Shown: in pieces, positions 32,344 through 41,319 of the stretch
Layout of the letters: every line of letters starts with the position of its first letter
Numbering within the stretch: the stretch's first letter is position 1
DNA from: Microcoleus sp.
GTDB taxonomy: Bacteria > Cyanobacteriota > Cyanobacteriia > Cyanobacteriales > Microcoleaceae
DNA length: 64,000 nt
Direction: 5' to 3'
NCBI GenBank assembly: GCA_052279835.1
Contig: CP181291.1
Span: forward strand, 2,528,001 to 2,592,000
Made by a program: the position numbers and the translations under genes
Notes under the pieces: generated by a model
Seen by the model: only the letters and a program-made list of their open reading frames with translations
Databases searched by the model: none
What the model was told of the DNA's origin: nothing

Positions 32344-34009
32344 GGGTTTGCTGAATAATCGATCGCCAACCAAGAGCAGGAGCGATCGATATATTCAAGC
32401 AGAGTTAACTATAAGTTGTTTCGGCATTGATTCCACCCAGTTATAATTGTAGATTATATTCAAGCCAAAAACAGGTGTTCTTTTTCCAAATAGACATAAA
32501 AACACACAAAAAACCCGGCGCCACCAGGTAGCAAGGTTCATTACCAAAAAAGTAATTGCAATAACTGTACCAGATGTATTATCAAGTTTTGCCATCACTC
32601 GATTGAGACCGAATCTTCGTTTTCCTTGCCCAAACTTGCCCTCAATGGCATTTCTAATCCTCTCATCTTCCAACGCTTGCCTCTTTTTTGATTTACTCAC
32701 ATTTGCTGGCGGTCTTCCTAATGGCGGCCCACTCAGCCTAATGCCTTTTTCTTTACACCATGCTCGGTTTTCCCGATTTCGGTAAATGCGATCTGCATGA
32801 ACTGACTCTGGATAATACCCTGTGAATTTATGATATGCTTCTACTTGTGTTTTTAAGTCCCCTGATTCGTTAAAGTTATCCCAGCTCATCCGGTCTAAAA
32901 ATACATATCCCTCAAAACAACTGGCTGATATTTTGGCTCCAAATTCTACGCTTTTTCCTGCTTTTCCTCTGACTATGGGACGGATATGGGGTTGGCTTAA
33001 ACTTACTATTCTATCCTCAATACTCTGTTTATTATTGTCAAATAACCATTGCTGTTGGCGATAGACCTCTGTCAGGACTAACAAGGTTTTATATTGCTTT
33101 TTATTCAGAGCTTCTAGGCTCGCACCTGAATCGATTAGCTGTTCAATATGAGCTAGGTTTCTTTTTATGTATTGAAGTTGTTTTTTAATTGCTTGTCTTT
33201 TTTTGTTTTTGGTCGGTCGTCGTTGTTTGGCTACTGCTAAGTAGTCTTTCCTCGCTAGATTACGGTAGGTTCTTGGTTTTTTAGTGGTGTTTTCTTTAAT
33301 TTGTTTATACAGAATGTCTAGGATTTTTTCTGTATGAACTCTGGCTCTGTTTAATAGTCCTAAGTCGGTCGGATAACTAATGTCGGCTGGGGCGCAGGTT
33401 GCATCTACGATCAATTGGCCGCGATTGGATAACTCATTTTTGGCGTCCGGATCCTTTTTTTTTTCAGGTTTGACTGGCGTGAGTTCTCGCATTTTTTTGA
33501 CCATGCGTTCGTTCACTTGATTAATTAGATTGGGACTAATTCGTTGCCGAAAGTGTACTAAGAGTGATGGGTCAAATGCGAGTTCGTTGCTGTAGCTTGA
33601 TTGACCGATGAAGTATTGCAGATAGGGGTTTTCACGGATCTGTTCTACTGTTTCACGATCGCTAATTCCTAATTTTTCTTTAATAATTAATGCCCCCAAT
33701 GCCATCCTAAAGCATTTAGCAGGAGCCCCCTTTTCTGTGGGGAAGTTGGCCGCATATTCTGATTCAAATTCAGACCACGGGATTATTTGGGCCATTTTTA
33801 CCCAACGGTTATCTGCTGACAACTTTCCACATGAGGGGAGTTCAAAGTCGGAGGGTGAGGGGTGAGCAAGCTCAGCTTTTCGATACACGATCGCAGATGG
33901 TGATGCACGAGTTTTGATCTATTTTACCTGTTTTTTTTGCACCTGACTGTCGATCGCACCAGTTCTTAATCCATGCCACGTCAAGTGCGATCGATTATTC
34001 AGCAAGCCC
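32344..34009 (-). mobile_element. IS5-family insertion sequence, copy 1 (1666 bp)
   Basis: Terminal IRs GGG(T/C)TTGCTGAATAATCGATCGC; 6-bp direct repeat TAAGTA at 32338-32343 and 34010-34015. Confidence 0.93.
32395..33888 (-). CDS. IS5-family DDE transposase
   Basis: ENPYLQYFIG, VDATC, RGKAGKSVEFGAK, ADRIY, RNAIEGKFG. Confidence 0.93.
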   Translation of the reverse strand: MYRKAELAHPSPSDFELPSCGKLSADNRWVKMAQIIPWSEFESEYAANFPTEKGAPAKCFRMALGALIIKEKLGISDRETVEQIRENPYLQYFIGQSSYSNELAFDPSLLVHFRQRISPNLINQVNERMVKKMRELTPVKPEKKKDPDAKNELSNRGQLIVDATCAPADISYPTDLGLLNRARVHTEKILDILYKQIKENTTKKPRTYRNLARKDYLAVAKQRRPTKNKKRQAIKKQLQYIKRNLAHIEQLIDSGASLEALNKKQYKTLLVLTEVYRQQQWLFDNNKQSIEDRIVSLSQPHIRPIVRGKAGKSVEFGAKISASCFEGYVFLDRMSWDNFNESGDLKTQVEAYHKFTGYYPESVHADRIYRNRENRAWCKEKGIRLSGPPLGRPPANVSKSKKRQALEDERIRNAIEGKFGQGKRRFGLNRVMAKLDNTSGTVIAITFLVMNLATWWRRVFCVFLCLFGKRTPVFGLNIIYNYNWVESMPKQLIVNSA

Positions 34010-34174
34010 TAAGTAGAAGGAAGAAGGAAGAAGGAAGAAGGAAGAAGGAAGAAGGAAGAAGTCACCCCCCCCTGCCCCCCCCAAGGGGGGAAGGAAGAAG
34101 GAAGAAGGAAGAAGGCTCATAGAGCAAGCTTTTTAGCCACCTGTATCTTACGTTTAATTAAGTGGACTTACTTA
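34010..34174. mobile_element. MITE-like family B (TAAGTA...GTGGACTTACTTA)
   Basis: GAAGGAA heptamers and GC palindrome; same ends as 39194-39299 and 62556-62690. Confidence 0.7.
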
Positions 34175-34277
34175 ATAATTTCAATCGCCTCCTTCCCAAA
34201 CAGAATAACTAACGGGATTTTCTTAGTCCGCGGAGGCGGACTTTGTTTATGTAGACGCGGTTTCAACCGCCAGGTGA

Positions 34278-37200
34278 CTAATCAGAATTGTGCCATTCTT
34301 TCTCGATTTTCTCCAAATCCTTCGCCGCTCCCAATTGTTGAAAAATTCTATATGCTGTATCGTAATGTTGTTGAGCAACTTCTGTGTTGCCGCGCTGGCG
34401 ATGGAGTCGCGCAAAATCGTAGTTTGTTTCGGCAATATGCCAAGTCATCCCTAGTGTTTGCATTTTATCTAAAGCTTCTGTTAAATGTTGTTCTGCTGTA
34501 TCTAAATTGCCTCTACCTAGTTCATTTTCTCCCAAACAACCGATCGAAGTTGCTATCCCTTCGCGATCGCCCAATTCTGTCCTCAATGCCAAAGATTGCC
34601 GGTAAAGTCTCTCTGCTTCATCCCAATTGCCGCGCTTTCGCTCAATATCTCCCAACACTCCCCAAGAAGATGCCATCCCCGCGCGATCGCCCAATTCTGT
34701 TTCAACTTCCAAAGATTGCCGGTAAAGTCTCTCTGCTTCATCCCAATTGCCGCGCTTTCGCTCAATATCTCCCAACACTCCCCAAGAAGATGCCATCCCC
34801 GCGCGATCGCCCAATTCTGTCATCAAAGCCAAACATTGCCGGTAAAGTCTCTCTGCTTCATCCCAATTGCCGCGACATTGCTCAATATATCCCAACAATC
34901 CCCAAGAAGATGCCATCCCCGCGCGATCGCCCAATTCTGTCCTCAATGCCAAAGATTGCCGGTAAAGTCTCTCTGCTTCATCCCAATTGCCGCGCTTTCG
35001 CTCAATATCTCCCAACACTCCCCAAGAAGATGCCATCCCCGCGCGATCGCCCAATTCTGTCATCAAAGCCAAACATTGCCGGTAAAGTCTCTCTGCTTCA
35101 TCCCAATTGCCGCGACATTGCTCAATATATCCCAACAATCCCCAAGAAGATGCCATCCCCGCGCGATCGCCCAATTCTGTCCTCAATGCCAAACATTGCC
35201 GGTAAAGTCTCTCTGCTTCATCCCAATTGCCGCGCTTTCGCTCAATATCTCCCAACACTCCCCAAGAAGATGCCATCCCCGCGCGATCGCCCAATTCTGT
35301 CATCAAAGCCAAACATTGCCGGTAAAGTCTCTCTGCTTCATCCCAATTGCCGCGACATTGCTCAATATATCCCAACAATCCCCAAGAAGATGCCATCCCC
35401 GCGCGATCGCCCAATTCTGTCCTCAATGCCAAAGATTGCCGGTAAAGTCTCTCTGCTTCATCCCAATTGCCGCGCTTTCGCTCAATATCTCCCAACACTC
35501 CCCAAGAAGATGCCATCCCCGCGCGATCGCCCAATTCTGTCATCAAAGCCAAACATTGCCGGTAAAGTCTCTCTGCTTCATCCCAATTGCCGCGACATTG
35601 CTCAATATATCCCAACAATCCCCAAGAAGATGCCATCCCCGCGCGATCGCCCAATTCTGTCCTCAATGCCAAACATTGCCGGTAAAGTCTCTCTGCTTCA
35701 TCCCAATTGCCGCGACATTGCTCAATATATCCCAACAATCCCCAAGAAGATGCCATCCCCGCGCGATCGCCCAATTCTGTCCTCAATGCCAAAGATTGCC
35801 GGTAAAGTCTCTCAGCTTCATCCCAATTGCCGCGATTTCGCTCAATATCTCCCAACACTCCCCAACAAGAAGCCATCCCCGCGCGATCGCCCAATTCTGT
35901 TTCAACTTCCAAACATTGCCGGTAAAGTCTCTCTGCTTCATCCCATTTGCCGCGCTTTCGCTCAATATCTCCCAACATCCCTAATGAAGTAGCCATACTG
36001 CTCTGATTATCATCTTCTTCTGCGATGGCTAGCGCATCTTTCAAATATTTTTCTGCTAAATCCCAATCTCCAAAATCACGATGAATTGCACCTAATTCTC
36101 TTAAGCAATAGGAACGTCGATAGCCTTCAACATAAGGTAAAACTTGCTCGTACAATTCTTTTGATAAATTCCAGTATCCCCACCGTCTTAAGTATTCATC
36201 TGGGATTAAATAGAAAGCTTTCTCATAATTTCCCAACCTAAAGGCAAAATGTTGAGCTTCCAGAACAGATTGTAAATCAGCTAAGCTTTGAGGATTGTCC
36301 ACATTTTTACCAGTGCAGTAAAACTTATACACACTTTCCAGCAGTTGTGGCAATTCCTGTCGATATTCCCCTTGCAAAAACTCCTCAATCACCCGGTGCA
36401 AATCGTAAAAATTCTCACATTTATCCTCGTCATAGCGACTCTGCACCAAATTCGCACCGACTAATCGCTCTAAAATTGCTGATGTCTCCTCAATTTCGGC
36501 ATCTGTCAACTCAGCAGGTTTTTCTAATTCTGCTGCTACTTCAAAGCGGCTATCTTTTTCCCAATCATCCGCATACAGCCGCAAGAAAGTTAAACCTCTG
36601 ACATCAATCGGCACTCGCAAAACACACATCCGGGAGACTAAATCTCTTGCCGCTGCACTTTGCCTTGCCATTTGTTCTCGCAACATCGGTTCCACCTTCT
36701 TCGTTACCAATTCAGGATGCTTCCGCAAATATCCCGGTTTTCCCTTGCCAAGAGACACCAATTGAGTTAATAAAAAAAGATGACCTTCAACCCGCCCAGA
36801 CATCCACTGCAAATCAGCTAATTTATCAGTCAACTGTCGCTGCAAAATCTCCACACTCGCCCTCTCATCCACACCTTGCAACACTTCAATATGCACCAAT
36901 TCGGCATCCGGCGCTAACCCCGGATAGCGAGTATCAGCCAAATCTCCCGGCAATTCCCGGCTAGTCAAAATCGTTTGCGATTGGTGCTGTTGATAAACCA
37001 AAGCATTCAACAACTTACCCCAATCCGGTGAAATAGTTCGATGTATCTGCGACGAATCAAAACTATCTAAATTTTCCGCCTCAACCGCCGGATATAAAAT
37101 ATCTTCCAGGTTATCGAGTATCAACAGACAGCGAGTTTGTTGCAAACCAAGGATAATTTTGGCAATCTTTTCCTCTGGCTTTTTCAACTCCGCCGCCCCC

Positions 37201-38024
37201 GGAATCCCCAAACCTTCACTTAACAGAAACCCAGCCACATCATCAAAACTGGTTCCTTCTTTTGCCTTGAAATACATGACGCACTCACAACCGCCAGCCA
37301 GAAAACTTTTCCCAGCTTGAGAAACAGAATGCTGCCAATTCATCCCCAATTCTTCCACAAGTTTGATTGCCAAACTCGTTTTACCCATACCGCCTTGCCC
37401 GACAATCGCCAACACCTTCGGCGACGAAGTTCCATCCGGCAGAATTGGTACTAATTTTGCAGTTAATTTTGCCACTAATTCATCCCGCCCTTTCCACACG
37501 GGCACCGACTCAGGCATCTGAGATACAGCCACCCTAATTGATTTATCGGGAGGGGAATCTACCGCAGCATTACTCTCGGTTTTCTCCTCAGTATTTTGCC
37601 TGCTGTTAATCTGAATGCTGATACCGCCCCATGCTTTTGCCAACTCTTCTAAATTCGCTGTTTTGTCTTTTTCCTTCCACAACTTCAGAGTAAAATTCCA
37701 ATTGGGATTACCTTTCCTTTTGGACGGCGGGCGGTGATCGTCCAGAATTTTCAGCTCTTCTGTGAGATACTTAGTCAGCACCTCACCGATGTACTTTTTA
37801 ACTTGCGTGTCAGAAGTCTTATCACTTGGTTTAAAGCTGCCTTTCTCTTTCAGCAAGTGGCGCAGGGCTTCCAGCGTCGCCGTGACGTGCAACTCAGTGT
37901 CACCTTTCCATTCGGCGTGGAGATGAGAGATGCGATTTGTATCGTTTAACGCATAATCTAGCAGCGCCTCAAACAAATCAATCACTCGCTGCCAAGACTT
38001 TTCACCTTTTCCCTGCTTGGGCAT
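34278..38024 (-). CDS. NLR-like NB-ARC/STAND NTPase with TPR array
   Basis: Walker A GQGGMGKT, Walker B LILDNLED, ILTSRE, DLHRVI; 40-aa TPR repeats. Confidence 0.92.
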   Translation of the reverse strand: MPKQGKGEKSWQRVIDLFEALLDYALNDTNRISHLHAEWKGDTELHVTATLEALRHLLKEKGSFKPSDKTSDTQVKKYIGEVLTKYLTEELKILDDHRPPSKRKGNPNWNFTLKLWKEKDKTANLEELAKAWGGISIQINSRQNTEEKTESNAAVDSPPDKSIRVAVSQMPESVPVWKGRDELVAKLTAKLVPILPDGTSSPKVLAIVGQGGMGKTSLAIKLVEELGMNWQHSVSQAGKSFLAGGCECVMYFKAKEGTSFDDVAGFLLSEGLGIPGAAELKKPEEKIAKIILGLQQTRCLLILDNLEDILYPAVEAENLDSFDSSQIHRTISPDWGKLLNALVYQQHQSQTILTSRELPGDLADTRYPGLAPDAELVHIEVLQGVDERASVEILQRQLTDKLADLQWMSGRVEGHLFLLTQLVSLGKGKPGYLRKHPELVTKKVEPMLREQMARQSAAARDLVSRMCVLRVPIDVRGLTFLRLYADDWEKDSRFEVAAELEKPAELTDAEIEETSAILERLVGANLVQSRYDEDKCENFYDLHRVIEEFLQGEYRQELPQLLESVYKFYCTGKNVDNPQSLADLQSVLEAQHFAFRLGNYEKAFYLIPDEYLRRWGYWNLSKELYEQVLPYVEGYRRSYCLRELGAIHRDFGDWDLAEKYLKDALAIAEEDDNQSSMATSLGMLGDIERKRGKWDEAERLYRQCLEVETELGDRAGMASCWGVLGDIERNRGNWDEAERLYRQSLALRTELGDRAGMASSWGLLGYIEQCRGNWDEAERLYRQCLALRTELGDRAGMASSWGLLGYIEQCRGNWDEAERLYRQCLALMTELGDRAGMASSWGVLGDIERKRGNWDEAERLYRQSLALRTELGDRAGMASSWGLLGYIEQCRGNWDEAERLYRQCLALMTELGDRAGMASSWGVLGDIERKRGNWDEAERLYRQCLALRTELGDRAGMASSWGLLGYIEQCRGNWDEAERLYRQCLALMTELGDRAGMASSWGVLGDIERKRGNWDEAERLYRQSLALRTELGDRAGMASSWGLLGYIEQCRGNWDEAERLYRQCLALMTELGDRAGMASSWGVLGDIERKRGNWDEAERLYRQSLEVETELGDRAGMASSWGVLGDIERKRGNWDEAERLYRQSLALRTELGDREGIATSIGCLGENELGRGNLDTAEQHLTEALDKMQTLGMTWHIAETNYDFARLHRQRGNTEVAQQHYDTAYRIFQQLGAAKDLEKIEKEWHNSD
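34561..36000. repeat. 12 x 120-bp near-identical tandem repeat encoding TPRs
   Basis: Exact 120-bp period; each unit has GCGATCGCCCAATTCTGT and GGTAAAGTCTCTC. Confidence 0.97.
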
Positions 38025-38054
38025 AGATTTTCAAAATAAGTTGCTAAAAAAAGT

Positions 38055-38158
38055 TTCGGGAAAGTTTCGGGATTCCCGATACCGAATGACTGTCCCGAAT
38101 ATCCCGAACGCCTATCATAGCACAGTTGTAGCCGTTGTGTGACTTCGGGTATCCCGAA
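38055..38158. promoter_or_regulatory. Cluster of TTCGGG/CCCGAA boxes in a divergent promoter
   Basis: TTCGGG at 38055, 38066, 38144; CCCGAA at 38094, 38103, 38153; near-matches at 38075 and 38082. Confidence 0.55.
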
Positions 38159-38195
38159 ATTCCATACTCAATTTAGTTGAGTTGGGGAATGATTT

Positions 38196-38468
38196 ATGGG
38201 ATTGTCGAAACAGCATGGATGGATGATTGCAGAAGCGGTTGTGGGTACTCTAGTCGGTGCTCTCAATTCTTCAGCGGGGTTAGTGCTGACTGTTGGATTA
38301 GTGGGTTTCCACCTCTGTTTCGACAAAAATGAAGAGGAACAGTTGCGCTGCCCTCTGGAGAGAGTTTTAAACAGGGAGGAAGTTGTGAGGCTTGATTCTT
38401 GCAGGGATTGTCGTTTTAAGAAAGGGGCGATTGATGTGGAAAAAGTTGATGAAGCAGATGCTGAGTAA
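38196..38468 (+). CDS. Small hypothetical membrane protein with Cys residues
   Basis: 90-aa ORF, hydrophobic N-half, CxxC (CRDC). Confidence 0.5.
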   Translation: MGLSKQHGWMIAEAVVGTLVGALNSSAGLVLTVGLVGFHLCFDKNEEEQLRCPLERVLNREEVVRLDSCRDCRFKKGAIDVEKVDEADAE

Positions 38469-38508
38469 TCTCAAGTCAATGTCATTGTTAGTGATCTGTC
38501 GCTATTGC

Positions 38509-38616
38509 TTATACCATTTCTCTAAAATCGTGCAACAATCTTTGACCCCCCCTAACCCCCCCTTATAAAGGGGAGGGACAAGACTACTGTTGTATTCTTT
38601 TTTAAAATTGGTATTA
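38509..38616. repeat. MITE-like repeat (TATACCATTT...AATTGGTATTA) with internal GC palindrome
   Basis: Imperfect terminal IR around CCCCCCCTAACCCCCCCTTATAAAGGGAGGG. Confidence 0.55.
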
Positions 38617-38767
38617 GTCTGTGCGATTGCTTCATTCCTGGCAATGACATGATGATCGGGACTGATGCAGGGAGATGGAAAAAAGGGATCTGGTGCGTCA
38701 ATTCAGCTTTACAAACAAACTCTCATTGTATTAAAATTTCTATTCAAAATCTGATTGCGAGTATTAT

Positions 38768-39196
38768 ATGAAAAATATTTCATCACTTTTGACAGGAATG
38801 GCGATCGCCTCTGTATCTCTTGCTGCTTTCATTCCACCTACCTACGTGCTGCGAGTAGAAACAGTCAAACAGGGAATGTTACGGCTGACTAATATTTCCA
38901 ATCAGCGCATTTATATCAAAAACTTTGTTCTTAATAATTACAAAGTTAATGAATTTGGCAAACGAACCGGAGAAGTCGAGAAAATAAGTATTAGCGTAGA
39001 ATCATCGCTGCATCCAGGGGAAAGTACCTTAGAAAAAATTGCCGATGCACCAAGGCGGACCACCGCAAATACCGAATTATTGCGGTGGCATGATGGTAAA
39101 AAAAATCACCGCCAAGGATTGCTCGTATGTTTCATTAATGACTTCAATCACAATGTTTACGTAGCTCCTAACGGACAATTGCCCTGTCCCAAATAA
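38768..39196 (+). CDS. Secreted hypothetical protein
   Basis: 142-aa ORF with a signal-peptide-like N-terminus. Confidence 0.65.
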   Translation: MKNISSLLTGMAIASVSLAAFIPPTYVLRVETVKQGMLRLTNISNQRIYIKNFVLNNYKVNEFGKRTGEVEKISISVESSLHPGESTLEKIADAPRRTTANTELLRWHDGKKNHRQGLLVCFINDFNHNVYVAPNGQLPCPK

Positions 39197-39299
39197 GTAG
39201 AAGGAAGAAGGAAGAAGGAAGAATATCGATGTGAAGAATAGCAAGCCAGTAAGCTTTTGAGCGATTTGGATCTTGCATTTAATTAGGTGGACTTACTTA
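39194..39299. mobile_element. MITE-like family B copy
   Basis: About 75 bp match the reverse complement of 62556-62630; TAAGTA end overlaps the upstream stop codon. Confidence 0.75.
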
Positions 39300-39370
39300 A
39301 TCCTATTCATGCTGTTAGGAAAAACCGAGGCGATCGCCAATTAATTCCCAACATCAAATCAGCCAGCAAA

Positions 39371-40102
39371 TTAAGAAATCACCACCCTAGATAGGGGTGA
39401 ATGCCATTCATTCCCATTTAACAATTCCAAATTCAGCCGATAGCCAACATTCCGCACAGTTTGAATCAGACTCGGCTGTCGCGGATCGATTTCGATTTTT
39501 TTGCGCAAAGACAGTACATGAGTGTCAATGGTGCGCGGGTTGTCAATAGCATCGGGCCAAGCTCTGCGCAGTAAGTCCGATCGCGACAGAGGGACTCCTC
39601 CAGCTTGAGCCAGCACGTACAACAGGCTGAATTCCTGGGGAGTGAGTTCGATATGTTGTTCGTACAAACGCACTCGGCGTTGCACCAAATCAATTTTGAG
39701 CAGCCCGCACTCCAGGGTAGCCGGCGGTATCATCGTGCGGTTGCGACGCATCAAAGCTTCTACCCGCGCCATAAATTCTTGCATCCCAAAAGGTTTGGTG
39801 AGGTAATCGTCAGCCCCCGACTTCAAACCTTCAACAATATCCGCTTCAGAATTCCGGGCTGACAACATTAAAATCAGCGACTGCTGCTGTTTTTGTAGCC
39901 ATCGGCAAAATTCCAAACCGTCTCCATCTGGCAATTCTGCATCCAGAATTACTAGGGAGGGCTGTTGGCTGAAAAATATTTCCCTAGCATGATTGATATC
40001 CGCTGATTGATGCACCCAGTGACCGACTTGCTGTAGATGCCAGCCCAAGAGCGATCGCAGGTGCGGATTCCCTTCAACAATTGAAATACTAAGACATCCC
40101 AC
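39371..40102 (-). CDS. nrrA: OmpR-family nitrogen-regulated response regulator NrrA
   Basis: IVEGNPHLRSLLGWHLQQ N-terminus, LRRAWPDAIDNPRTIDTHVLSLRKK; NtcA promoter upstream. Confidence 0.85.
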   Translation of the reverse strand: MGCLSISIVEGNPHLRSLLGWHLQQVGHWVHQSADINHAREIFFSQQPSLVILDAELPDGDGLEFCRWLQKQQQSLILMLSARNSEADIVEGLKSGADDYLTKPFGMQEFMARVEALMRRNRTMIPPATLECGLLKIDLVQRRVRLYEQHIELTPQEFSLLYVLAQAGGVPLSRSDLLRRAWPDAIDNPRTIDTHVLSLRKKIEIDPRQPSLIQTVRNVGYRLNLELLNGNEWHSPLSRVVIS

Positions 40103-40135
40103 AGCAGCGAGCTTCCAATATCATTAATTGCTACC

Positions 40136-40177
40136 AGGTTAACAGAGCTTTTGTCAAGGTTTTGTAACCATAGCTAC
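40136..40177 (-). promoter_or_regulatory. NtcA-activated promoter
   Basis: GTA-N8-TAC at 40164-40177, 22-nt spacer, then -10 TAACCT (40141-40136) on the minus strand. Confidence 0.88.
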
Positions 40178-40244
40178 CCAAATATTAGCTTCCAAACCTA
40201 TTAATAGATCTAGATGCAGAAACAAGGAAGAAAGCCGATCGGAC

Positions 40245-41153
40245 TTAGGAGACGTCTTGATTTTTCTTGAGTAATTTATTTATCAACTTAGGTACCTCCG
40301 AAGGTCGAGAAGCGACTGGGATATTTGCCTCTTCAAAGGCAGCCATTTTATTTTCTGCACTCACCCCAAAGGCAGTCCGCGCAGCAGCCCTAGAGCTGAT
40401 CAGGATGCCGGCGTGGCCCAAAGACGGCCCTTTGGGAGCATAGCGGCCAGCCAGGTAAGCCACCACGGGTTTGTCGATCGCCTCAGCGATATAAGAAGCA
40501 GCCGCTTGTTCGCTCCAGCCGCCAACTTCCCCCACCAACACGATCGCCTCGGTAGTCTCATCTTCGTCCAAAATTTGCAGCCACTGCATAAAAGAAGAAC
40601 CCACAATCGCATCACAGCCAATACAAACAGCCATAGACTGTCCCAACCCCGCATTAGTCAGTTCTAGAGCCACCTCGTAAGTCAAAGTGCTGCTGCGGCT
40701 GATAATCCCCACCGGGCCGGGAGTGTAAAACTCCTTGGGATGAGTTCCCAACAATAACTTGTCAGGCACAATAATTCCCGGACTGTTGGGCCCAATCACC
40801 AAAGTTTCCATAGCTTCAGCTTTTCTGACTAAGCGCACCATATCCAGAGGAGGCACTCCTGGAGTGACGATCGCGATTTGCCGAATTCCAGCAGCGATCG
40901 CTTCCAGGGCCGCATCCAGCACCCAGTAGGGTTCCACCAAAATCACCGTGGTATCAATGTGCCCCACCGTCGCCACGGCTTGTTCCACCAAATCAAAAAC
41001 CGCAATTCCCTCCAACTCCTGCCCGCCCCTACCGGGACTGACACCAGCCACTACATTTGTGCCATATGCTTTCATCATCAGCGCCACAACCGTTGACGCG
41101 GGAGATTCTGTAATGCCTTGTATCAGGACTTTACTCTCAGGAGTTAAATTCAT
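40245..41153 (-). CDS. sucD: Succinyl-CoA synthetase alpha subunit
   Basis: KVLIQGIT, GPNSPG, ISRSSTLTYE, GHAG. Confidence 0.9.
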   Translation of the reverse strand: MNLTPESKVLIQGITESPASTVVALMMKAYGTNVVAGVSPGRGGQELEGIAVFDLVEQAVATVGHIDTTVILVEPYWVLDAALEAIAAGIRQIAIVTPGVPPLDMVRLVRKAEAMETLVIGPNSPGIIVPDKLLLGTHPKEFYTPGPVGIISRSSTLTYEVALELTNAGLGQSMAVCIGCDAIVGSSFMQWLQILDEDETTEAIVLVGEVGGWSEQAAASYIAEAIDKPVVAYLAGRYAPKGPSLGHAGILISSRAAARTAFGVSAENKMAAFEEANIPVASRPSEVPKLINKLLKKNQDVS

Positions 41154-41165
41154 TTTTTATATCGC

Positions 41166-41262
41166 AGAAGGAAGAAGGAAGAAGGAAGAAGGAAGAAGGA
41201 ATAATAACCCCCCCTAGGGAGGGATGGGGGAAATTCAGGAAGAAGGAAGAAGGCAGAAGGCC
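41166..41262. repeat. GAAGGAA heptamer tract with GC palindrome
   Basis: Seen between sucD and sucC. Confidence 0.75.
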
Positions 41263-41319
41263 AAAGAACGGAATCGATCGGCCATTGATTGAAGGTTTCT
41301 ATGATGTCGGGGCTTCCCG

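Noticed and set aside
34274..35992. 572-aa and 462-aa plus-strand ORFs
   Set aside because: Antisense shadows of the 120-bp TPR repeat; one stop-free unit gives a long ORF
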